Assembly (NCBI GenBank): GCA_044343935.1 | Contig: JBIJDU010000002.1 | Coordinates: 11,251-75,250 of the forward strand | Direction: 5' to 3' | Length of the DNA: 64,000 nt | From: Candidatus Nanopelagicales bacterium | GTDB lineage: Bacteria > Actinomycetota > Actinomycetes > S36-B12 > UBA5976 | In this document: piece by piece, positions 20,071 through 31,135 of the stretch | Layout: each line of letters begins with the position of its first letter | Position numbering within the stretch: position 1 is the stretch's first letter | Notes under the pieces: model-generated | What the model saw: the letters and a program-made list of their open reading frames with translations, nothing else | What the model was told of the DNA's origin: nothing | Databases searched by the model: none | Made by a program: the position numbers and the translations under genes

Positions 20071-20895
20071 ATGAATCATCCAGCAGGTTTACCGGATGCC
20101 ATAGCTCAATTAAATCGAACTTTAATTTTTGGCATCCTAAATGTCACTCCTGATTCATTTTCAGATGGTGGAAAATTCTTGGATCCAACTAGTGCCATAA
20201 ATCATGCAAAGCAATTAGTGGCTGACGGTGCAGATGTAATTGATGTGGGTGGCGAATCAACCAGGCCAGGCGCGGAGCGTATTTCAACTGCTGATGAGTT
20301 AGCCCGAGTTATTCCGGTAATTCAACAGGTAAGTCAATTTGCCACGGTATCAATTGACACTATGCGCGCTGAAGTTGCGGCAGCTGCTGTAGCTGCCGGA
20401 GCCAAAATAGTTAACGATGTCAGTGGCGGCTTAGCGGATGCTGAGATGGTATTTGCGGTAGCTGAACTGCAAGTGCCTTATGTTTGTATGCACTGGCGTA
20501 ACCATTCAGCTGATATGTACGAGAATGCTAAGTATGACAGCGTGGTGCTAGAAGTAATTGAAGAATTAGAACAACGAGTTGCTGTGGCGATGGGTGCCGG
20601 AATTGAAAAGGAGCGCATCATTCTGGATCCAGGACTGGGCTTTGCCAAACTGCCAGAGCACAACTGGCAGTTAGTTGCAGAAATAACAACCTTGAATTCG
20701 CTCGGATTCCCGCTTTTAGTCGGTGCATCTAGAAAAAAATTCTTGCGGGAACTTGGGGTAGATCAGGACGCTGCAACACATGCGCTGAATGCCTATTTGG
20801 CAGCAAATAGAATTTGGGCGGTACGAGTACATGACGTTGTTGGAACTGCAACTGCGATAACGGCGTTAGCTGAAGTTATGGAAACTAATGAGTGA
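20071..20895 (+). CDS. folP: dihydropteroate synthase
   Basis: Pterin-binding domain with 'ILNVTPDSFSDGG' and 'GADVIDVGGESTRPG'. Confidence 0.9.
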   Translation: MNHPAGLPDAIAQLNRTLIFGILNVTPDSFSDGGKFLDPTSAINHAKQLVADGADVIDVGGESTRPGAERISTADELARVIPVIQQVSQFATVSIDTMRAEVAAAAVAAGAKIVNDVSGGLADAEMVFAVAELQVPYVCMHWRNHSADMYENAKYDSVVLEVIEELEQRVAVAMGAGIEKERIILDPGLGFAKLPEHNWQLVAEITTLNSLGFPLLVGASRKKFLRELGVDQDAATHALNAYLAANRIWAVRVHDVVGTATAITALAEVMETNE

Positions 20896-21244
20896 AATTA
20901 TCACGCTAACAGGGATATCCGAGTATGGCCGCCATGGTGTTTATCCACACGAAAAGCAAAATAAGCAAAATTTCATTGTAGATCTAATTCTTGACGTTAA
21001 GCGAATCAGTGAGGCCGACCAACTAGAAACTACCGTTGATTATGCTGTGTTAAGTGGTGCAGTAAGAGAAATTGTTGCAAGTACTGAATTTGATCTGATT
21101 GAAAGTTTAGCTGCTGCCATTGCAGCGTATTGCATTCAGAATCAACTAATTCACAAAGTTACCGTAATAGTACACAAGCCTGAAGCAGCTAAGTCTTTAG
21201 GAATTACTGATGTTTCGGTTTCAGTTACGAAGTTAAAGCAATGA
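20888..21244 (+). CDS. folB: dihydroneopterin aldolase
   Basis: 118 aa with 'GRHGVYPHEK.NKQNFIVDL' and the expected operon position. Confidence 0.85.
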   Translation: MSEIITLTGISEYGRHGVYPHEKQNKQNFIVDLILDVKRISEADQLETTVDYAVLSGAVREIVASTEFDLIESLAAAIAAYCIQNQLIHKVTVIVHKPEAAKSLGITDVSVSVTKLKQ

Positions 21245-21732
21245 TTGCAATAATCTCAATAGGTTCAAATTTAGGGAATCGACAAGAATATTTACAGTTT
21301 GCGGTAGATCAAATTGCAGCAATATCAGAAACTTTAATCACTAAGACTTCCTCTATATATGAAACCCTACCGCAGCTCATGCTAGATCAACCCAATTTTT
21401 TTAACGCGATTATTGAAGTTGAATCTGAACTGACGCCATTAGAGCTTTTAGCTGAATTAAAAAAAATAGAGTTAGCCGCAAAGCGAGAGCGGGGAATTCC
21501 AAACGGACCACGCACATTAGATACTGACATTATTTATTGTTCTGAACTTCCAGTTGACACAACTGAATTGCAACTTCCACACCCAAGAGCACACCAACGA
21601 CAATTTGTATTGTTGCCCTGGCTGGAGATTGATCCGGATGCAATTTTGGGTGATCTAGGCAGCGTGGCTGATTTGAGTGCAAAGTTGGGAGATCAAGGCG
21701 TGGTAAAAATTATGGGACTGAGGTTGGTATGA
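21241..21732 (+). CDS. folK: 2-amino-4-hydroxy-6-hydroxymethyldihydropteridine diphosphokinase
   Basis: Motifs 'GSNLGNR', 'GPRTLDTDII' and 'LPHPRAHQRQFVLLP'. Confidence 0.9.
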   Translation: MIAIISIGSNLGNRQEYLQFAVDQIAAISETLITKTSSIYETLPQLMLDQPNFFNAIIEVESELTPLELLAELKKIELAAKRERGIPNGPRTLDTDIIYCSELPVDTTELQLPHPRAHQRQFVLLPWLEIDPDAILGDLGSVADLSAKLGDQGVVKIMGLRLV

Positions 21733-22178
21733 CACCAACTAAGTTTTCCAATTTACTTAAGCTATTTGTTGTAACTGCCTGGTTGGTAGGTGCGCTAGTT
21801 CATATTCTGCGCGAGCAGTTTCAAGTATTCATCCAAGTGCCGCTAAATCTGCCTATTGCGTTACTGAGTTTAATTGTGGCGATATCAAGTTGGACGATCT
21901 TGGCTAAGAATCGAATTTCAGGTCCGGCAAAAACATTTACTCCGCTTCAATCGGCCCGAACAGCTGCGTTGGCGCTCGCTGGCTCGCGAACTGGATCCTT
22001 ATTAGCTGGCGGGGGTGCGGGCACTCTAATAAGTTATTGGTTTGCGTCGCCAACTGCAGCGAATACTGATCGAATACAAGTTCTAGCAGCAACTGTGATA
22101 ACTGGATTACTTTTGACTGCAATTTCATTATTGCTCGAACGGATTTGTTTGGTACCAGAGCAGAAGGACGACAAGTGA
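21729..22178 (+). CDS. DUF3180-like membrane protein
   Basis: 149 aa with 4 TM segments. It occupies the position of Rv3605c-type DUF3180 after folK. The assignment rests on synteny. Confidence 0.55.
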   Translation: MTPTKFSNLLKLFVVTAWLVGALVHILREQFQVFIQVPLNLPIALLSLIVAISSWTILAKNRISGPAKTFTPLQSARTAALALAGSRTGSLLAGGGAGTLISYWFASPTAANTDRIQVLAATVITGLLLTAISLLLERICLVPEQKDDK

Positions 22179-22981
22179 AGAGTGTCCAAAGTATTGAGGA
22201 ACTTACTTCATCTTTACGCACAACACCAAGAGTTTTTGTTCCAACCATGGGTGCACTTCATGCTGGCCATGGTGAGTTAATTCGAGTAGCTCGCACAATA
22301 GCTGGTACCGATGGTCAGGTAGTAGTTTCGATTTTTGTTAACCCGTTGCAGTTTGGTCCATCTGAAGACTTTAATAAATATCCAAGAACGCAAGAAGATG
22401 ACAAAGCGTTAGCAGCGGAATATGGAGCGGATTTAGTTTGGTTTCCAGAATCTTCAGAGTTGTTAAGTCCCGAAATGACCAAATTGAAAAGTCCATCGTT
22501 TGGAAATACCTTGGAAGGAAAACAACGTCATGGCCATTTTGATGGTGTATTGACGATTGTTAATCGACTTTTTGAGATTGTTTCACCAACTCATGCCATT
22601 TTTGGTGTAAAAGATCTACAGCAACTCATTTTGGTAAGGGATATGGCGGCGGCGCGTTTTCCAAACTTAGAAATAGTTCCAGTTGAAACAATTCGTACCG
22701 ATTCAGGTTTAGCAATGAGTAGTAGAAATAAGTATTTGAACGAATCTGAGATTCAATTAGCATCTCAGATCAACAAAGCCCTAAATTTTGCGGCTTTACA
22801 ACCCGACCCAGTTGCAAGTTTTTACGAAAAAGTTAATGCGGTTGGGATTTCAGCTGATCAAATTGATTACGCTGAGATCGTACCGATGCCGCTCAATTGC
22901 AGAGATTTAGGAAATCGGCGGCTAGTTGTAGCGGTGCGGGTGGGGCAACCCCGGCTACTCGATAATATTGCGCTCAATTAG
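22175..22981 (+). CDS. panC: pantoate--beta-alanine ligase
   Basis: Motif 'VPTMGALHAGH'. The GTG at 22175 overlaps the upstream TGA (GTGA); the ORF extends to 22145. Confidence 0.9.
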   Translation: MKSVQSIEELTSSLRTTPRVFVPTMGALHAGHGELIRVARTIAGTDGQVVVSIFVNPLQFGPSEDFNKYPRTQEDDKALAAEYGADLVWFPESSELLSPEMTKLKSPSFGNTLEGKQRHGHFDGVLTIVNRLFEIVSPTHAIFGVKDLQQLILVRDMAAARFPNLEIVPVETIRTDSGLAMSSRNKYLNESEIQLASQINKALNFAALQPDPVASFYEKVNAVGISADQIDYAEIVPMPLNCRDLGNRRLVVAVRVGQPRLLDNIALN

Positions 22982-22989
22982 GGGGCAGC

Positions 22990-23742
22990 ATGTTGCTGGC
23001 AATCGACGTTGGTAACACCAACATTGTGCTTGGACTTTACGATGGCGCGAAGTTAACCAAGTCATGGCGAATAAAAACCGATGCTTATGCCACGGCAGAT
23101 GAGTATGCGATTCAATTGCGTGCTTTGACTGCTAACTCACCAACCATTACTGGAATTGCGTTATGCAGCACAGTTCCTAACGTGCTGCGCGAGATGCGCG
23201 AGATGATCAAGCGAGAATTTGCCAATATCAAGTCAGTTATTGTGGAACCTGGCATCAAAACCGGAGTCTCGATTGCTACCGATAATCCAAAAGAGGTTGG
23301 AACTGATCGAATTGTTAATTCATTAGCAGTGTTTCAACGTCATGGTGGGCCTTCTATAGTTGTTGATTTCGGTACATCAACAAATCTCGATGTTGTCAAT
23401 AAAGATGGTGACTTTATTGGCGGTGCGCTTGCACCTGGCATTGAAATCAGCATTGACGCGTTAGCGACACGAGCTGCGGCACTTAGAAAAATTGAATTGG
23501 TAAAACCCAGAGCGGCAATTGGTAGAAATACGGTTGAGGCACTTCAGTCTGGTGCGTTTTATGGGTTTGCTGGCCAGGTGGATAGATTGGTCAATCAGAT
23601 TATCGCTGAAATTGGTCCAGTTAAGGCAGTAGTTGCCACTGGTGGACTTGCAAGCACAGTTGTTGAAGCTTGCACCACAATTACCCACGTTGAGCCTGAC
23701 CTAACTCTCGAGGGCTTGCGTTTAGTATTCGAACGTAACTAA
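22990..23742 (+). CDS. coaX: type III pantothenate kinase
   Basis: Has 'LLAIDVGNTN', 'GTDR' and an ASKHA fold. Confidence 0.9.
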   Translation: MLLAIDVGNTNIVLGLYDGAKLTKSWRIKTDAYATADEYAIQLRALTANSPTITGIALCSTVPNVLREMREMIKREFANIKSVIVEPGIKTGVSIATDNPKEVGTDRIVNSLAVFQRHGGPSIVVDFGTSTNLDVVNKDGDFIGGALAPGIEISIDALATRAAALRKIELVKPRAAIGRNTVEALQSGAFYGFAGQVDRLVNQIIAEIGPVKAVVATGGLASTVVEACTTITHVEPDLTLEGLRLVFERN

Positions 23743-23771
23743 ATCCAACCGAAGCGAGATACCGTTAGCCA

Positions 23772-25277
23772 ATGGAAAACCGAACTGAATTAGATGAGCA
23801 AGCGCAGATCCGGCTTGAAAAATTAACCAGATTTCGTGCCACTGGTGTGGACCCATATCCACATAATGCACCGCGCACAAATCTAATTTCCGAGATTCGA
23901 CAGCAGCATGGGCACTTAACCGAAGATGCTCAAACTGGAATTAAAGTTTCCATCGCTGGCCGAGTAATGCTGAATCGAATTGCTGGAAAACTTATTTTTG
24001 CAACATTGCGTGATGGCAGTGCAGACATACAGATCATGCTAACCGCAGATGTTTCTGGTGAAGCAACTTTAGATCTGTGGAAAGAGTTTGTTGATCTGGG
24101 TGACCAGGTAAGCGTGACCGGTGAAGTTGTAACTACTAAACGTGGCGAACTTACCGTAAGAGCGGAGAATTGGGTGCTTACCGCAAAGTGCCTTCATCCA
24201 CTCCCAGATAAACACAAAGGCTTAGCTGACCCAGAGGCGCGAGTGAGGCAGCGTTATTTGGATTTGATTGTGCGACCTGAATCTCGACGATTAGTTAAAT
24301 TGCGAAGTGATGCAGTAGCGAGCGTTCGAGAGCAATTGCGTGGCAGAGGTTTCACTGAAGTTGAGACACCAATGTTGCAGGTTATGCACGGCGGCGCAAA
24401 TGCTCGTCCATTTATAACTCATATAAATGCTTACGACATGAAAATGTATATGCGAATTGCGCCGGAGTTATATTTGAAGAGATTGCTTGTTGGTGGCATT
24501 GAAAAGATATTTGAGATCAATCGAAATTTCAGGAATGAAGGTGCAGATTCATCTCATAATCCTGAATTTACAATGTTGGAAATGTATGAAGCATTTGGTG
24601 ATTACACCACCATGGCAGAGTTAACCAAAGAATTAGTTATGAGTGCGGCCATAGCAGTTTATGGTTCAACGGTTGTTCAGCATGAAGATGAAGACGGAAA
24701 CATTGTTGAACATGATTTAGCTAATGGCTGGCAATCAATCCCAGTTTGTACGGCAATTAGCCAAGCGGCTGGTGAAGAAGTTTCAGTAGATACTGATCCG
24801 GCAAAACTAAAGTCACTAGCGGCTAAGTTAGGTATAGCACTGAAGCCAGATTGGGAAATTGGCCAAATCATTTTGGAACTCTATGAGCATCTCGCTGAGG
24901 CAAAGACAGTGCTACCGACTTTCTACACCGATTTCCCACAATCAGTTTCACCACTTACTAAAGCTCATCGTGAAAACAAATTACTTGCTGAAAAATGGGA
25001 TTTAGTAACTTTTGGATTTGAGTTAGCAACTGGATATTCGGAACTAAATGATCCACACGATCAGCGGGATCGATTTGCGGCTCAACAAGCATTGGCTGCT
25101 GCTGGTGATGATGAAGCGATGCGAATGGATGAAGACTTTATTCGGGCATTGGAATATGGCATGCCGCCAGCAGGTGGTCAAGGCATGGGAATTGAACGAT
25201 TGCTAATGGCATTAACTGGCAAAGGCATTCGTGACACCATTTTGTTTCCACTGGTGAAGCCAATCAACCATGACTGA
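23772..25277 (+). CDS. lysS: lysine--tRNA ligase (class II)
   Basis: OB anticodon domain plus class II motifs ('FRNEG', 'GGQGMGIERL'). Confidence 0.95.
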   Translation: MENRTELDEQAQIRLEKLTRFRATGVDPYPHNAPRTNLISEIRQQHGHLTEDAQTGIKVSIAGRVMLNRIAGKLIFATLRDGSADIQIMLTADVSGEATLDLWKEFVDLGDQVSVTGEVVTTKRGELTVRAENWVLTAKCLHPLPDKHKGLADPEARVRQRYLDLIVRPESRRLVKLRSDAVASVREQLRGRGFTEVETPMLQVMHGGANARPFITHINAYDMKMYMRIAPELYLKRLLVGGIEKIFEINRNFRNEGADSSHNPEFTMLEMYEAFGDYTTMAELTKELVMSAAIAVYGSTVVQHEDEDGNIVEHDLANGWQSIPVCTAISQAAGEEVSVDTDPAKLKSLAAKLGIALKPDWEIGQIILELYEHLAEAKTVLPTFYTDFPQSVSPLTKAHRENKLLAEKWDLVTFGFELATGYSELNDPHDQRDRFAAQQALAAAGDDEAMRMDEDFIRALEYGMPPAGGQGMGIERLLMALTGKGIRDTILFPLVKPINHD

Positions 25278-25779
25278 AGTAACCCTCAGGCCGGCAAAAA
25301 CGGCTGATGTTGAATTCATTAGATCTCTAATTGGTCAATATGCACCAGAGCGGCGCATGCTTCGAAAAGAAATAATTACGCTCTATGAAGATATTCAAGA
25401 ATTTGTTATTGCTGAGATTGCTGGAAAGCCAGTTGGCTATGGTGCGTTACATGTGCTCTGGGAAGATTTGGCTGAAGTTCGTAGTGTAGCTGTTTTGCCA
25501 GAACTGAAACGCACTGGTGTTGGTAGAGCAGTTGTGTCGCACTTATTGAGTCGTGCGAAGCAGTTAGGGATTAGAAGAGTTTTTTGTTTGACTTTTGAAG
25601 TTGATTTTTTCGCAAGTTTTGGCTTCTTGCCAACAGATGGACCAATTGTTGACCATGATATTTATGTCCAGATGTTAAAGTCAGAAGACGAGGGTGTTGC
25701 AGAATTTCTCGATTTAGAACGAGTAAAGCCAAACACCTTGGGCAACACTCGCATGCTGTTGGTGCTGCCAGAAAATTAA
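25270..25779 (+). CDS. GNAT acetyltransferase, short-form N-acetylglutamate-synthase-like
   Basis: 169 aa. 'GALHVLWEDLAEVRSVAV' and the C-terminal 'VAEFLDLERVKPNTLGNTRMLLVL' resemble mycobacterial single-domain ArgA as I remember it. Confidence 0.6.
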   Translation: MTEVTLRPAKTADVEFIRSLIGQYAPERRMLRKEIITLYEDIQEFVIAEIAGKPVGYGALHVLWEDLAEVRSVAVLPELKRTGVGRAVVSHLLSRAKQLGIRRVFCLTFEVDFFASFGFLPTDGPIVDHDIYVQMLKSEDEGVAEFLDLERVKPNTLGNTRMLLVLPEN

Positions 25780-28482
25780 TCAGCCAGTATTGCGCAAACC
25801 GCTTGCAATACCGTTTATTGTGGTGAGTAGTGCGCGGGATAACTGAGGATTTACATCAGCACTGCCGCGCTGTCTTGCCAACAAATCAACTTGCAACATG
25901 TGCAATGGCAATAGATAACGATCTCGAATCCGAAGAGTTTGAGCAAGCGCTTGTTGATCAGAAAGCAGCGTATCTAACCCAGTTACCCAAAGTACTTGTT
26001 TTACCGTTTCGTCATACTCGTTATGAATAATCTCGAAGAGCTCTTGTTCTTCTTTGTTAACCAATTTAGTTACATAGCGCTCAGCAATCACCATATCTGT
26101 CTTTGCTAGTGTCATTCGGACATTCGATAAGAAGTTAGACATGAAAGACCAGTTTTTATGCATTGCTCGGAGTTCATCACCAGCTCCCATTGCTCTGGCA
26201 TGCGCAATTGCGCTACCTACGCCAAACCATCCCGGCACAATTTGGCGGGACTGCGTCCAGCCAAACACCCATGGAATAGCTCGCAAATCTTCCACCCCAG
26301 CATCTTTATTTGATCGTCGTGATGGACGAGAACCTAAGTGCATAGCCGCTAACTGTTCCACCGGAGTGGATTGGTGAAAATATGCTGGCAGAAGTGGATG
26401 ATCAAAAAGCGAACGATACTTTTTAAAAGCCTCTTCTGAGATTTCATTTGTGATTGGATCCCAGCGCGATAGCTCTTCATTAGAAGTTGTCGGATCTCGA
26501 TGCAGCAATGATGCATCTATCGTTGCAGCAACAAGCAATTCTAAATTTTCTTGCGCTAATTTAGGTAACAAGTACTTATCACTGATAACTTCGCCTTGTT
26601 CAGTTAATTTAATCTGGCCGTCAAGTACGCCAGCTGCTTGCGACATGATTGCTTCATAAGTAGGACCGCCGCCACGACCCACTGTGCCACCTCGGCCATG
26701 GAACAAAATTAAATTGACACCAAACTTTGCAGCAATATCTCGAAGTTCGCGTTGTGCTTGATGAATCTGCCACTGCGAGGTAGTGATTCCGGCATCTTTG
26801 TTGCTATCCGAATAACCCAGCATTACTTCTTGCGAATTGCCGCGTAGCGTGACTATTTGTCTATATTCCTTGATGGAAAGCATCTGATCTAGCAGATCGC
26901 CCGCCATCTTTAATTCTCTTACCGTTTCAAATAACGGCACAAAACCAACCTGAGCTCGATTAGCACGCAGATCAATCAAGCCAGCTTGAGTTGCTAAATA
27001 AACTGCTGCCATCACATCATCAACACCTTTAGTCATCGAGATGATGTATGACTCAATTACATCTTCGCCATGTCGCGCTTTGATTTCAGAAATGGCATTA
27101 AAAGTATCGAAAGTTTTCCTTGCCCCTTCGGATAGCAAAGGTTTACTCGATTTAACTAGATTTTCAATGATCAGCTTTGTTCGTTCAGTATCTGATGCCG
27201 CCTGGTAATTTGGTAGAAATTCAGATACTGCCTGAGTGTGCGCTGCAGCATGCTCTCTGACATCAAGAATTGCAAGTGTGCTACCGAACGCCGATATGGT
27301 TCGAATTGATCGATCAATAGACCCTGTTGCTGCTAACGATTTGGTAGCCACGAGCGATCGTTGCAAAATTTGCAGATCAGCAATTACATCGTGAAATGTT
27401 CGATAATCGGTTTTACCATCTAATTGAGAATCATTAGCCAACTTAGTAAGAGTCAATTCCAATTTCTTTCGCATAACCATAGTTTTGAGCCGATACGGTT
27501 CTTCTGCGTTCAAGCGACGATATCGATTTTCAATTGCCAGGTTCTCTAAATCAGCAGCAAGTGAATCCAATAATTCTGAAGTGTTAGAGCTTAATCTTTC
27601 ACTTAAACTTAATTGATCCGATAAGCGCTTAATGATTCGATCAAATTCTGAAATTGCGGTACGACGAGAAATTTCAACCACTTCTCTGGTGGTATCTGGC
27701 GTAACGAACGGATTCCCATCTCGGTCACCACCAATCCAACTGCCAATTGATAATGGTTGATTAGTTGCCGGAATCTCGACATTGAGCGATTGGGCAGTAG
27801 TCTTTAATTCATCCAATACCTCAGTTAATGGCCCTTTAGTTAATGCATCAAAGTAGAACAAGATATTTCTGGCCTCGTCTAAGACTTCTGGTTTTTCTAA
27901 GCGCAGTTCATCGGTTTGCCATAGCAAATCAATGGTTTCTGCTAATCGTTGTTGTCGGGTAGCTGATTCTGGAAGTTCAAGTAAATTTGCGATGAATCGC
28001 AATTTCACCAAAATAGTCCGTCTCGTTGCTTCGGTTGGGTGTGCGGTAAATACTGGTCGCACTTTTAATCTGGAAAAAGTTTGTTGAACCAACTCATGTG
28101 GCAGATTGGCTAATTTAATTCTATGTTCAACTCGCTTGAGCCAGCCACCATACTCGCGGCGAGCAGCAGTTAAGGCGGCTGCGCGATGAACTTGTTCGGC
28201 CATATTTGCTAAGTGGAAATAAAGCGAGAACGCACGTGCCAACGGAATAGCAGTTTCCGCTGATTCATGTGAGAGAAAGTCAAAAACTTTTTCTGGTTGT
28301 TCTGCCGATAGCGAACGAACTACTTCGACCTTGTCATACAGATCTTGCCCGGCATGCCGAATTAATGTTTCACCCAACATTCGCCCCAGCATGCGAATAT
28401 CTGCACGCAGCGCCTCAGATTGGGCGATTGCCGCGCCAATGGTTAACTCGGAGGGGGCATCGCCTAGGTTCGGGGTGTTCAT
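25780..28482 (-). CDS. ppc: phosphoenolpyruvate carboxylase
   Basis: 900 aa with 'VFTAHPTE', 'GYSDSNKDAG', 'FHGRGGTVGRGGGP' and the C-terminal 'GLRNTG'. Confidence 0.95.
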   Translation of the reverse strand: MNTPNLGDAPSELTIGAAIAQSEALRADIRMLGRMLGETLIRHAGQDLYDKVEVVRSLSAEQPEKVFDFLSHESAETAIPLARAFSLYFHLANMAEQVHRAAALTAARREYGGWLKRVEHRIKLANLPHELVQQTFSRLKVRPVFTAHPTEATRRTILVKLRFIANLLELPESATRQQRLAETIDLLWQTDELRLEKPEVLDEARNILFYFDALTKGPLTEVLDELKTTAQSLNVEIPATNQPLSIGSWIGGDRDGNPFVTPDTTREVVEISRRTAISEFDRIIKRLSDQLSLSERLSSNTSELLDSLAADLENLAIENRYRRLNAEEPYRLKTMVMRKKLELTLTKLANDSQLDGKTDYRTFHDVIADLQILQRSLVATKSLAATGSIDRSIRTISAFGSTLAILDVREHAAAHTQAVSEFLPNYQAASDTERTKLIIENLVKSSKPLLSEGARKTFDTFNAISEIKARHGEDVIESYIISMTKGVDDVMAAVYLATQAGLIDLRANRAQVGFVPLFETVRELKMAGDLLDQMLSIKEYRQIVTLRGNSQEVMLGYSDSNKDAGITTSQWQIHQAQRELRDIAAKFGVNLILFHGRGGTVGRGGGPTYEAIMSQAAGVLDGQIKLTEQGEVISDKYLLPKLAQENLELLVAATIDASLLHRDPTTSNEELSRWDPITNEISEEAFKKYRSLFDHPLLPAYFHQSTPVEQLAAMHLGSRPSRRSNKDAGVEDLRAIPWVFGWTQSRQIVPGWFGVGSAIAHARAMGAGDELRAMHKNWSFMSNFLSNVRMTLAKTDMVIAERYVTKLVNKEEQELFEIIHNEYDETVKQVLWVTGLDTLLSDQQALAQTLRIRDRYLLPLHMLQVDLLARQRGSADVNPQLSRALLTTINGIASGLRNTG

Positions 28483-28583
28483 CAGGGGTAAGCCTAGGCG
28501 TAGGGGGCGGGGGTGCCCCTCGGTCGTGGAAAATGGGTTTTGCGCCTACTATCTAGGCATAGAAATAGCGCAGGAGCAGCCCA

Positions 28584-31088
28584 ATGTTTGAACGATTTAC
28601 AGATCGAGCCCGTCGGGTGGTCGTGCTTGCCCAAGAAGAGGCACGCATGCTGAACCACAATTACATCGGCACCGAGCACATTTTGCTGGGGTTGATTCAT
28701 GAAGGTGAAGGCGTTGCGGCTAAGTCACTGGAGAGTTTAGAAATTCGACTTGAGCAAGTACGAGCACAAGTTGAAGAAATTATTGGTCCAGGTCAGCAAG
28801 CGCCAAGTGGACATATTCCATTTACGCCACGTGCAAAAAAAGTTTTGGAATTATCACTACGTGAAGCCTTGCAATTAGGACATAACTACATCGGCACTGA
28901 ACACATCCTGCTTGGCCTAATTCGTGAAGGTGAAGGTGTTGCTGCACAAGTGTTAGTTAAGTTGGGGGCAGATTTACATCGCGTTCGCCAGCAAGTAATT
29001 CAATTACTAAGTGGCTACCAAGGAAAAGAACCAGCAACTTCAGGCGGCCCAACTGAGGGAACCCCATCTACTTCATTGGTGCTTGATCAATTTGGTCGCA
29101 ACTTGACTCAAGCTGCACGTGAAGGTTCGCTAGATCCAGTTATTGGTCGTGAAAAAGAAATTGAACGAGTGATGCAAGTGCTCTCTCGTCGTACTAAAAA
29201 CAATCCAGTCCTAATTGGCGAGCCAGGCGTTGGCAAGACTGCTGTTGTAGAAGGTTTAGCGCAAAATGTAGTTCGTGGCGAGGTACCTGAAACACTCAAA
29301 GACAAGCAGATCTATTCCCTAGATCTTGGTGCGTTAGTTGCCGGTTCCAGATACCGCGGCGATTTTGAAGAGCGCTTAAAGAAAGTTTTGAAAGAAATCA
29401 GAACTCGCGGTGACATCATTTTGTTCATTGATGAAATTCACACGTTGGTTGGTGCCGGTGCTGCCGAAGGTGCAATTGATGCGGCCAGCATTCTTAAGCC
29501 AATGTTGGCCCGAGGCGAACTCCAAACCATTGGTGCGACCACATTAGATGAATATCGCAAACACATTGAAAAAGATGCGGCACTCGAGCGACGATTCCAA
29601 CCAATTCAAGTTGCTGAGCCATCACTTGCGCACAGCATTGAAATTCTTAAGGGATTGCGTGATCGTTATGAGACTCATCACCGAGTAACAATCACTGATG
29701 CTGCCCTTGTGGCAGCAGCAACACTCGCTGATCGATACATCAACGATCGATTCCTACCAGACAAAGCAATTGATTTAATTGATGAAGCTGGTTCTAGATT
29801 GCGTATTCGTCGTATGACTGCACCCCCAGATCTTCGCGAATTCGATACCCGAATTTCAGAGGCACGTCGCGAAAAGGAAAGTGCAATTGATGCGCAAGAC
29901 TTTGAAAAAGCTGCATCACTTCGGGATAAAGAGAAGCAATTAATTGCAGCCAAAGCTGAGCGAGAGCGCGAGTGGAAGTCTGGCGATCTTGATGTTGTTG
30001 CTGAAGTTGATGAAGAGTTAATTGCTGAAGTGCTCGCAACTGCTACCGGAATTCCAATTGTTAAGTTGACTGAAGAAGAATCACAGCGCTTAATGCGGAT
30101 GGAAGATGAACTTCACAAGCGAGTAATTGGCCAGAACGACGCCATCATTGCGCTGAGCAAAGCGATTCGTCGAACTCGTGCTGGATTGAAAGATCCAAAA
30201 CGACCAGGCGGATCATTTATCTTCGCCGGACCTTCTGGTGTTGGTAAAACTGAGTTGAGCAAAGCACTATCGGAATTCCTGTTTGGCGACGAGTCATCAT
30301 TAATTCAGTTAGACATGAGTGAATACTCGGAGAAACACACGGTTTCTCGACTATTTGGGTCACCACCAGGATATGTTGGCTACGAAGAAGGTGGCCAGCT
30401 AACGGAAAAGGTTCGTCGACGTCCATTCTCGGTAGTGCTGTTTGATGAAATTGAAAAAGCACATCCAGATATCTTCAATTCACTTCTGCAGATTTTGGAA
30501 GACGGTCGATTGACTGATGCTCAAGGTCGAGTAGTTGATTTCAAGAACACGGTAATCATCATGACTACAAACCTAGGTTCACGCGACATCATGAAGGGTG
30601 CCGGCTTGGGCTTTGCTAACGTGAATGATGATAAGACAAACTATGAACGGATGAAGCTAAAAGTCAATGAAGAGTTGAAGCAGCACTTCCGCCCTGAATT
30701 CCTGAACCGAATTGATGACATTGTCGTATTCCATCAGTTAACTGAAGCTGAGATTGTCAACATAGTTGATTTGATGTTGGCCAAAGTCGATGAGCGCTTG
30801 AAGGATAAGGATATGGGCTTGGAGTTAACTCCAGCTGCAAAGGCACTCTTGGCTAAGAAGGGCTATGACCCACTGTTGGGCGCGAGACCACTTCGACGTA
30901 CTGTGCAACGCGAGATCGAAGATGTGTTGAGCGAGAAGATTTTGTTCAGTGAGTTAGTGCCTGGTCAACTAGTTGTAGTTGATGCGCAAGGTGAGGGCGA
31001 TGATGCTGCCTTTACGTTCGCTGGCACTGCTAAAGGTGAACTTCCTGATGTTCCCCCAGTGGAGCCAGCTGGCAGTTCTGCTGAATAA
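28584..31088 (+). CDS. clpC: ATP-dependent Clp protease ATP-binding subunit ClpC
   Basis: Duplicated Clp_N repeat, two AAA+ modules ('GEPGVGKT', 'GPSGVGKT') and a UVR linker. AGGAG RBS. Confidence 0.95.
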   Translation: MFERFTDRARRVVVLAQEEARMLNHNYIGTEHILLGLIHEGEGVAAKSLESLEIRLEQVRAQVEEIIGPGQQAPSGHIPFTPRAKKVLELSLREALQLGHNYIGTEHILLGLIREGEGVAAQVLVKLGADLHRVRQQVIQLLSGYQGKEPATSGGPTEGTPSTSLVLDQFGRNLTQAAREGSLDPVIGREKEIERVMQVLSRRTKNNPVLIGEPGVGKTAVVEGLAQNVVRGEVPETLKDKQIYSLDLGALVAGSRYRGDFEERLKKVLKEIRTRGDIILFIDEIHTLVGAGAAEGAIDAASILKPMLARGELQTIGATTLDEYRKHIEKDAALERRFQPIQVAEPSLAHSIEILKGLRDRYETHHRVTITDAALVAAATLADRYINDRFLPDKAIDLIDEAGSRLRIRRMTAPPDLREFDTRISEARREKESAIDAQDFEKAASLRDKEKQLIAAKAEREREWKSGDLDVVAEVDEELIAEVLATATGIPIVKLTEEESQRLMRMEDELHKRVIGQNDAIIALSKAIRRTRAGLKDPKRPGGSFIFAGPSGVGKTELSKALSEFLFGDESSLIQLDMSEYSEKHTVSRLFGSPPGYVGYEEGGQLTEKVRRRPFSVVLFDEIEKAHPDIFNSLLQILEDGRLTDAQGRVVDFKNTVIIMTTNLGSRDIMKGAGLGFANVNDDKTNYERMKLKVNEELKQHFRPEFLNRIDDIVVFHQLTEAEIVNIVDLMLAKVDERLKDKDMGLELTPAAKALLAKKGYDPLLGARPLRRTVQREIEDVLSEKILFSELVPGQLVVVDAQGEGDDAAFTFAGTAKGELPDVPPVEPAGSSAE

Positions 31089-31100
31089 TTAGAGAACTTA

Positions 31101-31135
31101 CAAACCCCCAACTTGGATCCGAAGTTGGGGGTTTG
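31101..31135. terminator. bidirectional intrinsic terminator (14-bp stem CAAACCCCCAACTT / AAGTTGGGGGTTTG, 7-nt loop)
   Basis: Read directly from the sequence. It lies between convergent clpC and radA, is followed by TTATTT on the + strand, and abuts the radA stop codon (31136-31138). Confidence 0.8.

Noticed and set aside
28483-28583. A possible ClgR operator or other regulatory site upstream of clpC. The spacer has a GC-rich tract GGGGGCGGGGGTGCCCC and two CCTAGG/CTAGGC elements.
   Set aside because: I looked for the actinobacterial ClgR-type CGC-N5-GCG core and did not find a convincing match. The GC-rich tract forms only a 4-bp GGGG/CCCC hairpin. The evidence is too weak to call a site.
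28269-28591. Two + strand ORFs (95 and 86 aa) that span the ppc 5' end and the ppc/clpC spacer, plus a minus-strand ORF at 28494..28700.
   Set aside because: They overlap the well-conserved N-termini of Ppc or ClpC, have Arg/Gly/Pro-rich nonsense-like sequence, and lack ribosome-binding sites. The spacer is better explained as a divergent promoter region.
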